From the sequence record DRR723986_7741: a stretch of DNA of 52,551 nt; one strand, written 5' to 3'. Positions within the stretch are counted from its first letter, which is position 1; each line of letters begins with the position of its first letter. The position numbers and the translations under genes are program-made. Shown here piece after piece: positions 1 through 9,396 of the stretch. The notes below the pieces were generated by a model that saw only the letters and a program-made list of their open reading frames with translations, had not been told where the DNA came from and searched no databases.

Positions 1-181
1 AAGGTTGCTTCCAGGGAATCACACCCTGTTGGAGTTTCTCGATAATCAGATCGGTAAATTTCTGATAAATATCCGATGATCCTTTTGCCTGTCTTGAGTT
101 TACAGCCTTACTTGAATAGGGTTCCCGGCTCTTCCTTCTTATAGAAGTCTCACTTACTGATCTTTTTGCTTCAGTCTTCAT
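1..181 (-). CDS. ardC: ArdC-family antirestriction/ssDNA-binding protein, N-terminal part (runs off window; missing from ORF track)
   Basis: Manual translation from ATG at 181: MKTEAKRS...SSDIYQKFTDLIIEKLQQGVIPWKQP, matching the ArdC N-terminal pattern DxYQxxTDxIIxxLxxGxxPWxxP. Confidence 0.85.
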   Translation of the reverse strand, partial: MKTEAKRSVSETSIRRKSREPYSSKAVNSRQAKGSSDIYQKFTDLIIEKLQQGVIPWKQP

Positions 182-211
182 AGCTTTTGTGTTTAAGTTT
201 TACAAATACTC

Positions 212-340
212 ATGAAGCTGCACCAGCCTGAGCCGGGCACTAAGTGCAAGAGGAATCGGAATAAACCAGCAGGGGCGAAAGCATGGGATTTATGCCGAAG
301 TCTCTTGCCTCGTGTGACCGGTTCTGGCTAAATTGGCTGA
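212..340. promoter_or_regulatory. Long imperfect hairpin upstream of ardC; putative ssDNA (Frpo-like) promoter
   Basis: Arms GAGCCGG/CCGGTTC, GCAAGAG/CTCTTGC, TCGGAATAAA/TTTATGCCGA; TAAATTGG at 329-336 resembles the Bacteroidetes -7 box. Confidence 0.55.
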
Positions 341-594
341 AGAAGGAATAGAAAAAATTAAAGTTTTACTGTAGGCTCACACAATACCCCTAAAGAACCA
401 TTACACTAAAGAACCCTCAAAATTGCATTTGAAAAACTTGCTCTATATGACTTACTGCTTTGAAATAGGTCAACTTATTGAAATCACAATCACATTTTTA
501 TCGTATCTAAAAGCAAAAATGACTTTGAATAAAAACATACGTACTGATCGAAAATGAAAAACGGAGTTGAATTCAGAAAAATAAAAAAGGAAGC

Positions 595-1065
595 CTAAAG
601 CTCCCCTTCATCTGCAAAGGAATAGTATCCTTCAGTTGTCATAATCACATGATCCAGCACTGGGATATCCAGAAGGTTTCCAGCCTGTTTGATTCGCTGG
701 GTTAATCGCTTATCCTGTTCTGAAGGTCTCAGATTCCCTGAAGGATGATTATGAGCTATTATTACTGAACTGGAATTTGATTTGATGGCTGCCGCATAGA
801 CTAGTTTAATATCTACCACTGTACCAGCTGTACCTCCAGAACTGATAGTTACTATCCCTAAAACTCTATTAGCTCTGGATAGCAGCATCACTTTGAAATC
901 CTCAACAAACTCTATCCTGTCCTGATCCCAAGCTTTGGCAAACACCTCATATACCTGTCTGGAACAATCCACCTTCGGTCTTTGACTGCTTTTAATCTTG
1001 GCACTGTAGCTCAGATTAATCTCAGCTACTTCATACAAATCAATTTTTCTTTCTTGGGTCTCCAT
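595..1065 (-). CDS. radC: RadC/JAB domain protein
   Basis: E..., HNHPSG...S..D and LDHVI JAB metal-binding motifs; stand-alone JAB domain typical of mobile elements. Confidence 0.92.
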   Translation of the reverse strand: METQERKIDLYEVAEINLSYSAKIKSSQRPKVDCSRQVYEVFAKAWDQDRIEFVEDFKVMLLSRANRVLGIVTISSGGTAGTVVDIKLVYAAAIKSNSSSVIIAHNHPSGNLRPSEQDKRLTQRIKQAGNLLDIPVLDHVIMTTEGYYSFADEGEL

Positions 1066-1091
1066 AATCTTTTTCGTTTTTGTGGAACAAT

Positions 1092-1227
1092 GAATTATGA
1101 AGCTTCATCAGGCCGTGGGCGACAAAGACCGGAAGGCAAAGGAATAAAAAGCGCAGCGCAGCAAGCGGCTTTATGCCGGAAGCTTTCGGTCGCCCAGAGC
1201 CCAGAGGACTAACTTGGTGAGGAATTC
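1092..1227. promoter_or_regulatory. Long imperfect hairpin upstream of radC; putative ssDNA promoter, related to 212-340
   Basis: Arms GGGCGAC/GTCGCCC, GGAATAAA/TTTATGCC; shares ATGAAGCT, GGAATAAA, TTTATGCCG and CTAAmTTGG with 212-340. Confidence 0.55.
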
Positions 1228-1468
1228 AGAGGCCAAAACTCTCATTTTTTTTTGCCATCAAATTCCCTAGAATAAATCCCAATTAACCATCTAGATATAT
1301 ACCTAGCAATTAGTTAAGGTGTCAGTAATTACACATTCCCCAATCCAAATACTTTCATTATTTTTTTTGGTAGCTACCACATCGGTGTAAAAACCAGGAA
1401 TTTACCATACCCACATTTGCTTCTGTCAGCGAGACAAAACAAGGACGCTGACTCAAAACAGTCACACT

Positions 1469-1915
1469 ATGTTGGAAGCAATTACCTGGAACACATACTT
1501 CTGCACCTTGGCAGTAGGCATAGCGGCTTACTATATAACCATACTGGTAGCACACTATCCACAAGAATTTCGCAACCTGCTTTCCGGCAGGATAAATAAG
1601 ATAAGTCAGAACCGTCAGCAGGAAGAGGAGCAGGACCACAGGAGGACTGATGGAAAGCCTACTGATCATTTTGAAGAGTTGGAAGCAACAGTTGCGGAAT
1701 TAAGCGGCATCCTCGGGAAGGCGGGGCAAAATAGGACAAGCAAGGAAACATTGCTATTGCAGCTGATCCAGGCGCTGTCAAACCACACCGGGCTTCGGGA
1801 GCCCGCCTACCGGGTTGCCGTTATCAATTTCATTTTAGAAAACGCTGAAAAGCAGTGCAGGATTTCCTTCAGCGAAACAGAACTCGAAGAAGCTTGGGCT
1901 GCTCATTCTCCTTAA
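1469..1915 (+). CDS. Hypothetical membrane-anchored protein, first gene of tra operon
   Basis: 148 aa ORF with an N-terminal TM helix, directly upstream of traE. Confidence 0.7.
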   Translation: MLEAITWNTYFCTLAVGIAAYYITILVAHYPQEFRNLLSGRINKISQNRQQEEEQDHRRTDGKPTDHFEELEATVAELSGILGKAGQNRTSKETLLLQLIQALSNHTGLREPAYRVAVINFILENAEKQCRISFSETELEEAWAAHSP

Positions 1916-1979
1916 TTCCAATCAAGCATAACCCTCCCAAAACTTTACAGCATCACAACAACCACTAAATAAAGCAAAT

Positions 1980-2309
1980 ATGAAAAAGAACCAGCAACTC
2001 CTTACCTCATCCAAGTCAAGAGCAGGCTTGTCTGCCCTACTGCTAGTTTTTTCTACACTGACTGCAAAAGCCCAGGATGGTCTTGCAGGAATCAACGAAG
2101 CCAACCGACAGGTGCGAAGCTACTTTGATGCAGGCACCAGTCTGATGTATGCCATCGGCGCTATTCTGGGATTGATCGGCGCAGTTAAAGTTTACCAAAA
2201 ATGGAATGCAGGCGACCCGGACACCGGAAAAGTGGCAGCTGCCTGGTTTGGAAGCTGCGTGTTTCTCGTGGTAGTCGCCACAGTCATCAAATCCTTCTTT
2301 GGGGTATAA
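1980..2309 (+). CDS. traE: Conjugative transposon TraE (DUF4134, pilin-like)
   Basis: AQDGLAGINEA...YAIGAILGLIGAVKVYQKWNAGDPDTGKVAAAWFGSC signature. Confidence 0.9.
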   Translation: MKKNQQLLTSSKSRAGLSALLLVFSTLTAKAQDGLAGINEANRQVRSYFDAGTSLMYAIGAILGLIGAVKVYQKWNAGDPDTGKVAAAWFGSCVFLVVVATVIKSFFGV

Positions 2310-2326
2310 TCAAAACTTACACACCC

Positions 2327-2653
2327 ATGGGAACTAGCATATACAAAATCAATAAAGGCATCAATAAGTCCATCGAATTCAAAGGATTAAAAGCCCAGTA
2401 CATCTGGTACCTCGGTGCCGGTGTGCTGGCACTACTTGTCAGCTTCGCCATCCTCTTTATTCTTGGGGCAAATCCTTTTATCTGTCTGATCATTATCGCA
2501 ATCTCAGGATCAGTTTTAGTCGTCAAGGTCTATCAACTCAGCCATAAATATGGGGAACACGGCATGATGAAAAAGCTTGCCCACCGTCAGATCCCACATG
2601 CCATCCGCATCAAATCAAGAGGAATCTATCGGAAACCCAAAACCAAAAAATAG
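2327..2653 (+). CDS. traF: Conjugative transposon TraF (DUF4133, VirB3-like)
   Basis: YKINKGINKSIEFKGLKAQYIW and KYGEHGMMK motifs; start moved to ATG 2327. Confidence 0.9.
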   Translation: MGTSIYKINKGINKSIEFKGLKAQYIWYLGAGVLALLVSFAILFILGANPFICLIIIAISGSVLVVKVYQLSHKYGEHGMMKKLAHRQIPHAIRIKSRGIYRKPKTKK

Positions 2654-2715
2654 CTCTCCCACTCCAATCAAACCCACAAAACCCCTCATTCCCAAAGAGA
2701 AAATAAAACCAATCC

Positions 2716-5178
2716 ATGGAAAGACTACTTGAAACCCATTTTCCTATCCTGAGTATAGAGCAAGACTGTATCCTTTCCAAACAAGGGGATATCACGGTCG
2801 CTTTCCAGGCAGAACTTCCTGAGATCTTTACCTTAAGTAATCAGGAATACGAAGCCTTTCATCAGGTGTGGATCAAGGCTATCAAATCACTTCCCAAGCA
2901 CAGTATTCTACACAAACAGGATTGGTTTATAGACAGCCGCCATCAAGCTAATTTCACGGAATCCGAAGAAAGCTTTCTGCATAGAAGCAGTGAACGCTTC
3001 TTTCACGAACGTCCCTATTTAGATCATAGCTGTTACCTATACTTAACGTTAAGCCCTAAAAGCAGGAAGGTTTCAAGCAGCCTGTTTTCCACCCTACTCC
3101 GCTCCCATATTGTACCTGAGGAATTGATTCTTGCTGATACCCTTCCCAACTTTCTGGATACCTGCGGACAGTTCGAACGCATCCTGACCGACAGTGGATT
3201 TGTGCATATAAAGCGACTAAAAGAACTCGACATTTACAGCACTCGCACCCAAAAGGGAATACTGGAAAAATACTGTAGTCTCTCGGAATCCAAGGAACCA
3301 ACCTGGCTTTCAGACATCAACTTCAAACCAAGCCTAAGCATTGGTAACAAACATTGCCGTTTATTCACCCTTTTCGATTCCAGCGATTTGCCTGCACTTT
3401 GTGGAAGCAGAATCAACTACGACAAATACAGTACGGACACTACCAAATTCAGCGTTGGCTTTGCCTCAGCGCTGGGGCAACTCTTACCCTGCAACCACAT
3501 CTACAACCAGTACATCTTTATTGAAGATGTACAGCAAACTCTTAAAAGACTGGAATCCAAACGGCTCCGTCTCCAGTCACTTGCCAATTACAGCAGGGAA
3601 AATACCATTGCAAGGGATGCTACCAATGACTATTTGAATGAGGCGATCAGTGAACAAAGAATACCTGTAAAAGCCCACTTCAATATCCTAACCTGGACAG
3701 AAGACCCACTAAAGATTCCTGAAATCAAAAAGCAGGTCGGTGCTGCCTTCTCCCAGATGGAGGCTACTGCAAGGGAAGAAACCGTCGGAGCTGCCCAGAT
3801 CTTCTGGGCTGGAATCCCTGGCAACAGTGCTGACTTTCCGATGAATGACAGCTTTGACACCTTTGTCGAGCAAGCCAGTTGTTTCCTTAATCTGGAAACT
3901 GGCTATCGCAATTCGCTCAGTCCATTTGGAATACGATTGGGAGACCGACTCACCGGAAATCCAATTCATGTGGATCTATCCGATGAACCTGTGAAAAGAG
4001 GCATCTGCACCAACAGAAACAAATTCATCCTTGGTCCAAGTGGCAGCGGCAAATCCTTTTTCACCAATCACATGATCCGCAGTTATTACGAGCAGGGAAC
4101 ACATGTAGTCCTTGTGGATGTGGGGCATTCCTACAAAGGACTCTGTGATCTGGTCGGAGGTTATTACTTCACTTATGATGAGAAAAACCCCATCCAATTC
4201 AATCCCTTTTACATCGCTGAAGGTGACCAGCTGGATACCGAAAAAAAAGAAAGCATCAAGACGCTGCTGCTTGCACTCTGGAAAAAAGACAACGAAACCT
4301 TCACGCGTAGCGAGTATGTAGCGCTATCCAATGCCTTAAAAGGATATTATGAAAAATTGGCTTCAGATTCATCCCTATTTGCGAGTTTCAACAGCTTTTA
4401 CGAGTACGTGAAGTCAGACTTTCTGCCTCTTCTTCAAATCGATAAAGTCAAGGAGAAGGATTTTGACATCAGCAATTTCCTTTATGTGCTTCGCCCCTAT
4501 TACAGAGGGGGAGAATTCGATTACCTCTTAAATGCCACCGAGAACCTGGACTTGCTTCAGGAGCGATTCATTGTCTTTGAACTGGACAATATCAAAGACC
4601 ATCCTATCCTATTCCCAGTGGTGACCATCATCATCATGGAAGTCTTCATCAACAAAATGCGCAAGCTCAAAGGCATCCGCAAACTGATTCTCATTGAGGA
4701 AGCCTGGAAAGCCATTGCCAAGGAAGGCATGGCTGAATACATCAAATACTTATTTAAAACAGTCCGAAAGTTCTTCGGGGAAGCCATTGTAGTCACCCAG
4801 GAAGTCGAGGATATCATCAGCTCCCCTGTGGTTAAGCAGGCCATCATCAACAACAGTGATTGCAAGATCCTACTGGACCAATCCAAGTACCAGAACAAAT
4901 TTGATCAGATACAGGAACTCTTGGGCTTAACTGACAAGGAACGGGCAATGGTACTTTCAGTCAACAAGGCCAATGATCCCAATCGCATCTACAAGGAGGT
5001 ATTCATCAGTCTGGGAGGAATGCTCTCCAAAGTGTATCGTACCGAGGTATCCAAAGAAGAGTACCTCGCCTATACGACTGAAGAAACCGAGAAAATCAAG
5101 GTGATGGATTATGCCCATCGATACGGCTCCATACAAAAAGGAATAGCAGCACTTATAGCAGAACAAGTCCAACACTAA
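2716..5178 (+). CDS. traG: TraG family conjugative ATPase (VirB4-like)
   Basis: 820 aa; Walker A GPSGSGKS, Walker B LILIEEAWK, RKFFGEAIVVTQ. Confidence 0.95.
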   Translation: MERLLETHFPILSIEQDCILSKQGDITVAFQAELPEIFTLSNQEYEAFHQVWIKAIKSLPKHSILHKQDWFIDSRHQANFTESEESFLHRSSERFFHERPYLDHSCYLYLTLSPKSRKVSSSLFSTLLRSHIVPEELILADTLPNFLDTCGQFERILTDSGFVHIKRLKELDIYSTRTQKGILEKYCSLSESKEPTWLSDINFKPSLSIGNKHCRLFTLFDSSDLPALCGSRINYDKYSTDTTKFSVGFASALGQLLPCNHIYNQYIFIEDVQQTLKRLESKRLRLQSLANYSRENTIARDATNDYLNEAISEQRIPVKAHFNILTWTEDPLKIPEIKKQVGAAFSQMEATAREETVGAAQIFWAGIPGNSADFPMNDSFDTFVEQASCFLNLETGYRNSLSPFGIRLGDRLTGNPIHVDLSDEPVKRGICTNRNKFILGPSGSGKSFFTNHMIRSYYEQGTHVVLVDVGHSYKGLCDLVGGYYFTYDEKNPIQFNPFYIAEGDQLDTEKKESIKTLLLALWKKDNETFTRSEYVALSNALKGYYEKLASDSSLFASFNSFYEYVKSDFLPLLQIDKVKEKDFDISNFLYVLRPYYRGGEFDYLLNATENLDLLQERFIVFELDNIKDHPILFPVVTIIIMEVFINKMRKLKGIRKLILIEEAWKAIAKEGMAEYIKYLFKTVRKFFGEAIVVTQEVEDIISSPVVKQAIINNSDCKILLDQSKYQNKFDQIQELLGLTDKERAMVLSVNKANDPNRIYKEVFISLGGMLSKVYRTEVSKEEYLAYTTEETEKIKVMDYAHRYGSIQKGIAALIAEQVQH

Positions 5179-5188
5179 AAACACAGCC

Positions 5189-5893
5189 ATGATTAGCTCC
5201 CATAAAAACATCCGCCGTACAGTCCTGCTCACGGTACTTTGTGTAGCATTTATCCTTCCGCCAACCCGGACTCAGGCGGCAGCAACAATTCCTATTGTGG
5301 AGATCATTAAGGCTGCTGTCAAGAAAGTCATCGTTGCAGTAGATCTTCAAATCCAGAGGCAGCAAAATAAAGTGATCTGGCTACAGAATGCCCAAAAAGT
5401 ATTGGAAAACACCATGTCCAAACTCAAGTTGGATGAGATCTCCAGCTGGACAGAAAAGCAACGCGAACTCTACGAAAAATATTTCGACGAGCTCCAACAG
5501 GTCAAATCAGCGATTTCCAGCTACCATCGGGTGCGTGACATCGCCCAAAAACAAACACTGATTGTCACTGAATACAAAAAAGTCTGGGCAGTAATCCAGC
5601 AGGATGATCATTTCACCATCCAGGAAAAAGAGTACATGGGGCAGGTGTATGCCGGAATTCTGGGAGCTACGGTAGAAAACCTGGATCAACTGTCAATTCT
5701 TATCAAATCATTTACCCTTCAAATGAGTGATGGGGAAAGACTGACCCTACTGAATGAGACTGCTCTACAGGTAGATCAAAACTACCAGGACTTGCTCTCA
5801 TTTAACCGCAGCAACGGACAGCTGAGTCTACAACGGGCGAGAAGCAACACAGAGATTTTACACATACAGCTACTCTACGGGATCCAACCCTAA
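5189..5893 (+). CDS. TraI-like conjugal transfer protein, paralogue 1
   Basis: Signal peptide, helical body, LQMSDGERL motif; located between traG and traJ. Confidence 0.75.
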   Translation: MISSHKNIRRTVLLTVLCVAFILPPTRTQAAATIPIVEIIKAAVKKVIVAVDLQIQRQQNKVIWLQNAQKVLENTMSKLKLDEISSWTEKQRELYEKYFDELQQVKSAISSYHRVRDIAQKQTLIVTEYKKVWAVIQQDDHFTIQEKEYMGQVYAGILGATVENLDQLSILIKSFTLQMSDGERLTLLNETALQVDQNYQDLLSFNRSNGQLSLQRARSNTEILHIQLLYGIQP

Positions 5894-5905
5894 ATCCCTA
5901 TTCCT

Positions 5906-6553
5906 ATGAAAAAGCTACTTATTTTCCTTTACCTCATCGCTGCGGCATTGCCAGTATCAGCCCAGAACTTCCAGGAATGGTTTCAACAAAAGCAGACCAA
6001 AAAGAAGTATCTGGCCGAGCAGATCTTTGCATTACAATCCTACCGTACTGTCCTTAAAAAAGGTTATGAGGTTAGCCAACAAGGGCTCAGCTTGGTCAGT
6101 ACCATCACAAATGGAGATTTTGATCAGCATAAGGACCATTTCCAATCTTTTTCGAAGGTAAGTTCTAAAGTAAAATCCCATCCAGATACCCGGCAAATAA
6201 TAGCATTAGCTTCAACTATTCAGCAAGTATCAAGACAATACCAAAAGCAACTTAGCTCACTCAACCAGCTCAATGCTTCCGAAGAAAATGTGGTCAGCCA
6301 TGTTTTTTTAAACATTCAAAAAGAAACTGGGCAACGGCTCACTGAGCTACAAGCCCTTTTGCAAAACGGCCAACTCAGCCTGTCTGATTCAGAGCGCATC
6401 ATCAGACTGGAACAACTCCTCCTGCACATGCAAAGCATCTATTCCTATACAATGCGGTTTGGACAGGAAGCCATTCAATTATCCAGCCTTAGAGAGCAGG
6501 AACTAAACGGGATTAGCCAAGTAAGAAAGTTTCATACCCATGATCAACTCTAA
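5906..6553 (+). CDS. TraI-like secreted protein, paralogue 2
   Basis: Signal peptide, LSLSDSERI motif, LKKGY segment. Confidence 0.65.
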   Translation: MKKLLIFLYLIAAALPVSAQNFQEWFQQKQTKKKYLAEQIFALQSYRTVLKKGYEVSQQGLSLVSTITNGDFDQHKDHFQSFSKVSSKVKSHPDTRQIIALASTIQQVSRQYQKQLSSLNQLNASEENVVSHVFLNIQKETGQRLTELQALLQNGQLSLSDSERIIRLEQLLLHMQSIYSYTMRFGQEAIQLSSLREQELNGISQVRKFHTHDQL

Positions 6554-6564
6554 CCTACTCAACC

Positions 6565-7191
6565 ATGAAAAAATTACTGATACTGCTTTTCCCGCTCATT
6601 TTCACGATAAACCTTCAGCCAGCATCTGCACAGGCAGACGAAATTGCTCAGTTACTACTGAATGTCACCAAACTGAGCCAGCTCAAGCAAATACTCAGCG
6701 ATCTGGAAAAAGGATACAACACACTGAACTCCGGCTATTCACAGATTTCAAATATCGCGTCAGGAAATTTCACAATCCATGAAGCCTTCCTGGATGGCTT
6801 GCTACAAGTAAATCCAACGGTAAAAAACTATTACAAAGTCGCAGAAATTATCAGTTTTCAAATCAATTTGGTGAAGGATTACAAATCGGCCTTTACGAAA
6901 CTTAAAAACTCCGGTCAGTTCACGAGCAGGGAAATTTCTTACCTCTCTTCAGTGTATAACAATCTCTTCAAAAAAAGTCTGCAACAGCTCGACGAACTAA
7001 CCTTAGTCTTAACTGCAAATAGACTTAGGATGTCAGATGAGGAACGCTTGGCAGCCATTGATCAGATCCATACCCACATGCAAGACCAGCTGATTTTTCT
7101 AATTGCATTCAATCAGGAGAACCAGGTTCTGGCAATTAGCCGAATCAAGGCAAATCAGGAAGTAAATGGAATCAAAAACCTCTATCAATAA
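6565..7191 (+). CDS. TraI-like secreted protein, paralogue 3
   Basis: Signal peptide, LRMSDEERL motif, LEKGY segment. Confidence 0.65.
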   Translation: MKKLLILLFPLIFTINLQPASAQADEIAQLLLNVTKLSQLKQILSDLEKGYNTLNSGYSQISNIASGNFTIHEAFLDGLLQVNPTVKNYYKVAEIISFQINLVKDYKSAFTKLKNSGQFTSREISYLSSVYNNLFKKSLQQLDELTLVLTANRLRMSDEERLAAIDQIHTHMQDQLIFLIAFNQENQVLAISRIKANQEVNGIKNLYQ

Positions 7192-7217
7192 ATAGGGAAC
7201 TAACCTCAACCATCGCC

Positions 7218-8441
7218 ATGAAAGTAATTCCTAAATCCATAGCTATCATTTTATTCTCCATCTTTCTACCACTGACTACTCAGGCCCAGGTGGGCTATGA
7301 TAGAGGACTCCATGGCGTGTTGGAAGACCTTTACTCTGAGATGATGCCATTATGCAGTCAATTGATCAGCGTGGCTCAGGGAATTGCTGCCTTTGGAGCT
7401 TTATGGTATATCGCCTCCAGAGTCTGGCGATCCATAGCAAATGCTGAGCCCATAGACTTCTATCCCTTGTTCCGGCCATTTGCCATCGGCTTTTGTATCC
7501 TGCTATTCCCATCTGTTCTTTCCCTGATCAATGGAGTGATGAATCCAACTGTCAACGCTACAGCCTCGATGATGGACAATTCCAACCAAGCTATTGAAAA
7601 CCTTCTGAAGCATAAAGAAGAAGTCGTTAAAGGGACTATTAAAGGCCAAATGTACCGAAGTAATTACAGGGAGGGGGATTATGAAAAATGGTTGAAATAC
7701 ACTCAGGGTTTGCCTGAGGAAGCTACTGCTCCGGAGGAAAGTTTTTTAGAATCTTTATGGAACAACGAACTTTTCTCAAATGCAAAATGGAGCTTCAATT
7801 TTAAACATTGGATCAAACAAGCCCTTGCTGAAATATTGCAATTGCTATTTGAAGCTGCCGCGCTTTGCATCAATACCCTGAGAACCTTTCAGCTGGTTGT
7901 TCTATCCATTCTGGGTCCCTTGGTTTTCGGTCTATCTGTCTATGATGGATTCCAGCATACTCTTACGGTCTGGCTTGCCCGCTATATTAATATCTACCTC
8001 TGGCTACCCGTGGCCAATATCTTCGGTGCCATCATCAGCACCGTACAGGAAAAAATGCTCGTGCTGGACATAGGACAAATCGAAAGCACCGGGGACACCT
8101 TCTTCTCTGCCACAGATACAGGATACCTGATCTTTTTGGTGATCGGTATCATAGGCTATTTCTCAGTACCCTCAGTAGCCAACTACATTGTCCATGCTGC
8201 TTCAGGTGGAGCACTTCCGCATAAAGCATCCAGCTTTTTCACTCAAGCTGCATTCAGCACTGTTTCCATGGCCAGCTCCGCCGCCAAAATAGCTACAACA
8301 CGAGGATCAAGTATGTCTGCTGATTCCTATGGGGATAAGGCAGGAAGCATGAACCAGTCCATGGCTTCACGTGGTACGGCTGCCGGTTATTTCAAGGATG
8401 GCAGTGATTATCAATCCAGCAAACTTAAAGGCAACTCTTAA
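7218..8441 (+). CDS. traJ: Conjugative transposon TraJ (VirB6-like)
   Basis: AEPIDFYPLFRPF, LSILGPLVF, WLARYINIYLWLPVA; multi-TM. Confidence 0.93.
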   Translation: MKVIPKSIAIILFSIFLPLTTQAQVGYDRGLHGVLEDLYSEMMPLCSQLISVAQGIAAFGALWYIASRVWRSIANAEPIDFYPLFRPFAIGFCILLFPSVLSLINGVMNPTVNATASMMDNSNQAIENLLKHKEEVVKGTIKGQMYRSNYREGDYEKWLKYTQGLPEEATAPEESFLESLWNNELFSNAKWSFNFKHWIKQALAEILQLLFEAAALCINTLRTFQLVVLSILGPLVFGLSVYDGFQHTLTVWLARYINIYLWLPVANIFGAIISTVQEKMLVLDIGQIESTGDTFFSATDTGYLIFLVIGIIGYFSVPSVANYIVHAASGGALPHKASSFFTQAAFSTVSMASSAAKIATTRGSSMSADSYGDKAGSMNQSMASRGTAAGYFKDGSDYQSSKLKGNS

Positions 8442-8452
8442 TCTTACTACCC

Positions 8453-9070
8453 ATGTTCAGCAAACCAAAAAACATAGACACCGCCTTTCGACAAATCCGG
8501 TTATTCACACTTACGATAATCCTCGGTTGTCTCCTCTTTTCAGGTTTCACCCTCTACAAGAGTCAGCAATTGACCGCATCGCTTCAGCAAAAAGTCTACA
8601 TCCTGGCCAATGGAAAGGCTTTGGAAGCTTTTGCAACAGACCGCAGGGATAATATTCTAGTCGAGGCAAAAGATCATATATCCGCCTTTCATCGGTATTT
8701 CTTCACACTCGATCCTGATGAAAAAGTCATCATCGCCAATACAGCCAAAGCACTCTATCTGGCAGATGCTTCTGCAAAACGTCAATACGATAACCTGACG
8801 GAAAGCAATTACTACTCAAATATCATTGCAGGGAATATCAGTCAGGAAATCAACATGGACAGTGTATCCATTGATCTGCAGCAAACCCCGTCTTACTTCC
8901 GGTATTATGGTACCCAACAGTTGACCCGGACAGGCTCCATCGTTACCCGAAAAATAGTAACTGAAGGTTACCTGCGCGAGGTGTCCCGCAGTGATAATAA
9001 TCCTCATGGTTTCCTGATCGAAGGCTGGAAGACATTGGAAAATAAAGATACACATATTCAAAACCGCTAA
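8453..9070 (+). CDS. traK: Conjugative transposon TraK (VirB8-like)
   Basis: KNIDTAF, FHRYFFTLDPD, RSDNNPHGFLIE. Confidence 0.93.
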   Translation: MFSKPKNIDTAFRQIRLFTLTIILGCLLFSGFTLYKSQQLTASLQQKVYILANGKALEAFATDRRDNILVEAKDHISAFHRYFFTLDPDEKVIIANTAKALYLADASAKRQYDNLTESNYYSNIIAGNISQEINMDSVSIDLQQTPSYFRYYGTQQLTRTGSIVTRKIVTEGYLREVSRSDNNPHGFLIEGWKTLENKDTHIQNR

Positions 9071-9072
9071 GC

Positions 9073-9396
9073 ATGAATACCCCTCAAACACATCCCAATC
9101 CCATCGAAGCAGTCCAAGAATTTGGGCAACTCCAAGCCCAAAAATTCGCGGAACTGCTCCACCACAGAACTGAGAAACTCAGTCAAAGAGCTAAATACCT
9201 ATACTTAATTCTCTTTCTCCTCATTTCATTAAGTGGATGTGCCTACCTGCTTGTTTTTAAAAGCTCCTCCTTTTCTCCTCCAACAGAACCATTACCAACA
9301 ACCAACCTCCCCTACTTTCCTGATTTGGGAAATTCAAATTCCGATCCCGACAGTCTCACTTCAAACCCTAACACTTCAAAACAATATAAACCATGA
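9073..9396 (+). CDS. Small single-TM protein in the TraL position
   Basis: One TM helix and a Pro/Ser-rich tail; located between traK and traM. Confidence 0.6.
   Translation: MNTPQTHPNPIEAVQEFGQLQAQKFAELLHHRTEKLSQRAKYLYLILFLLISLSGCAYLLVFKSSSFSPPTEPLPTTNLPYFPDLGNSNSDPDSLTSNPNTSKQYKP

Noticed and set aside
982-1212. 76-aa + strand ORF
   Set aside because: Overlaps the radC start and the hairpin; better explained as non-coding structure
1240-1468. oriT between radC and the tra operon
   Set aside because: No recognisable nic motif and no adjacent relaxase; more likely the tra promoter region
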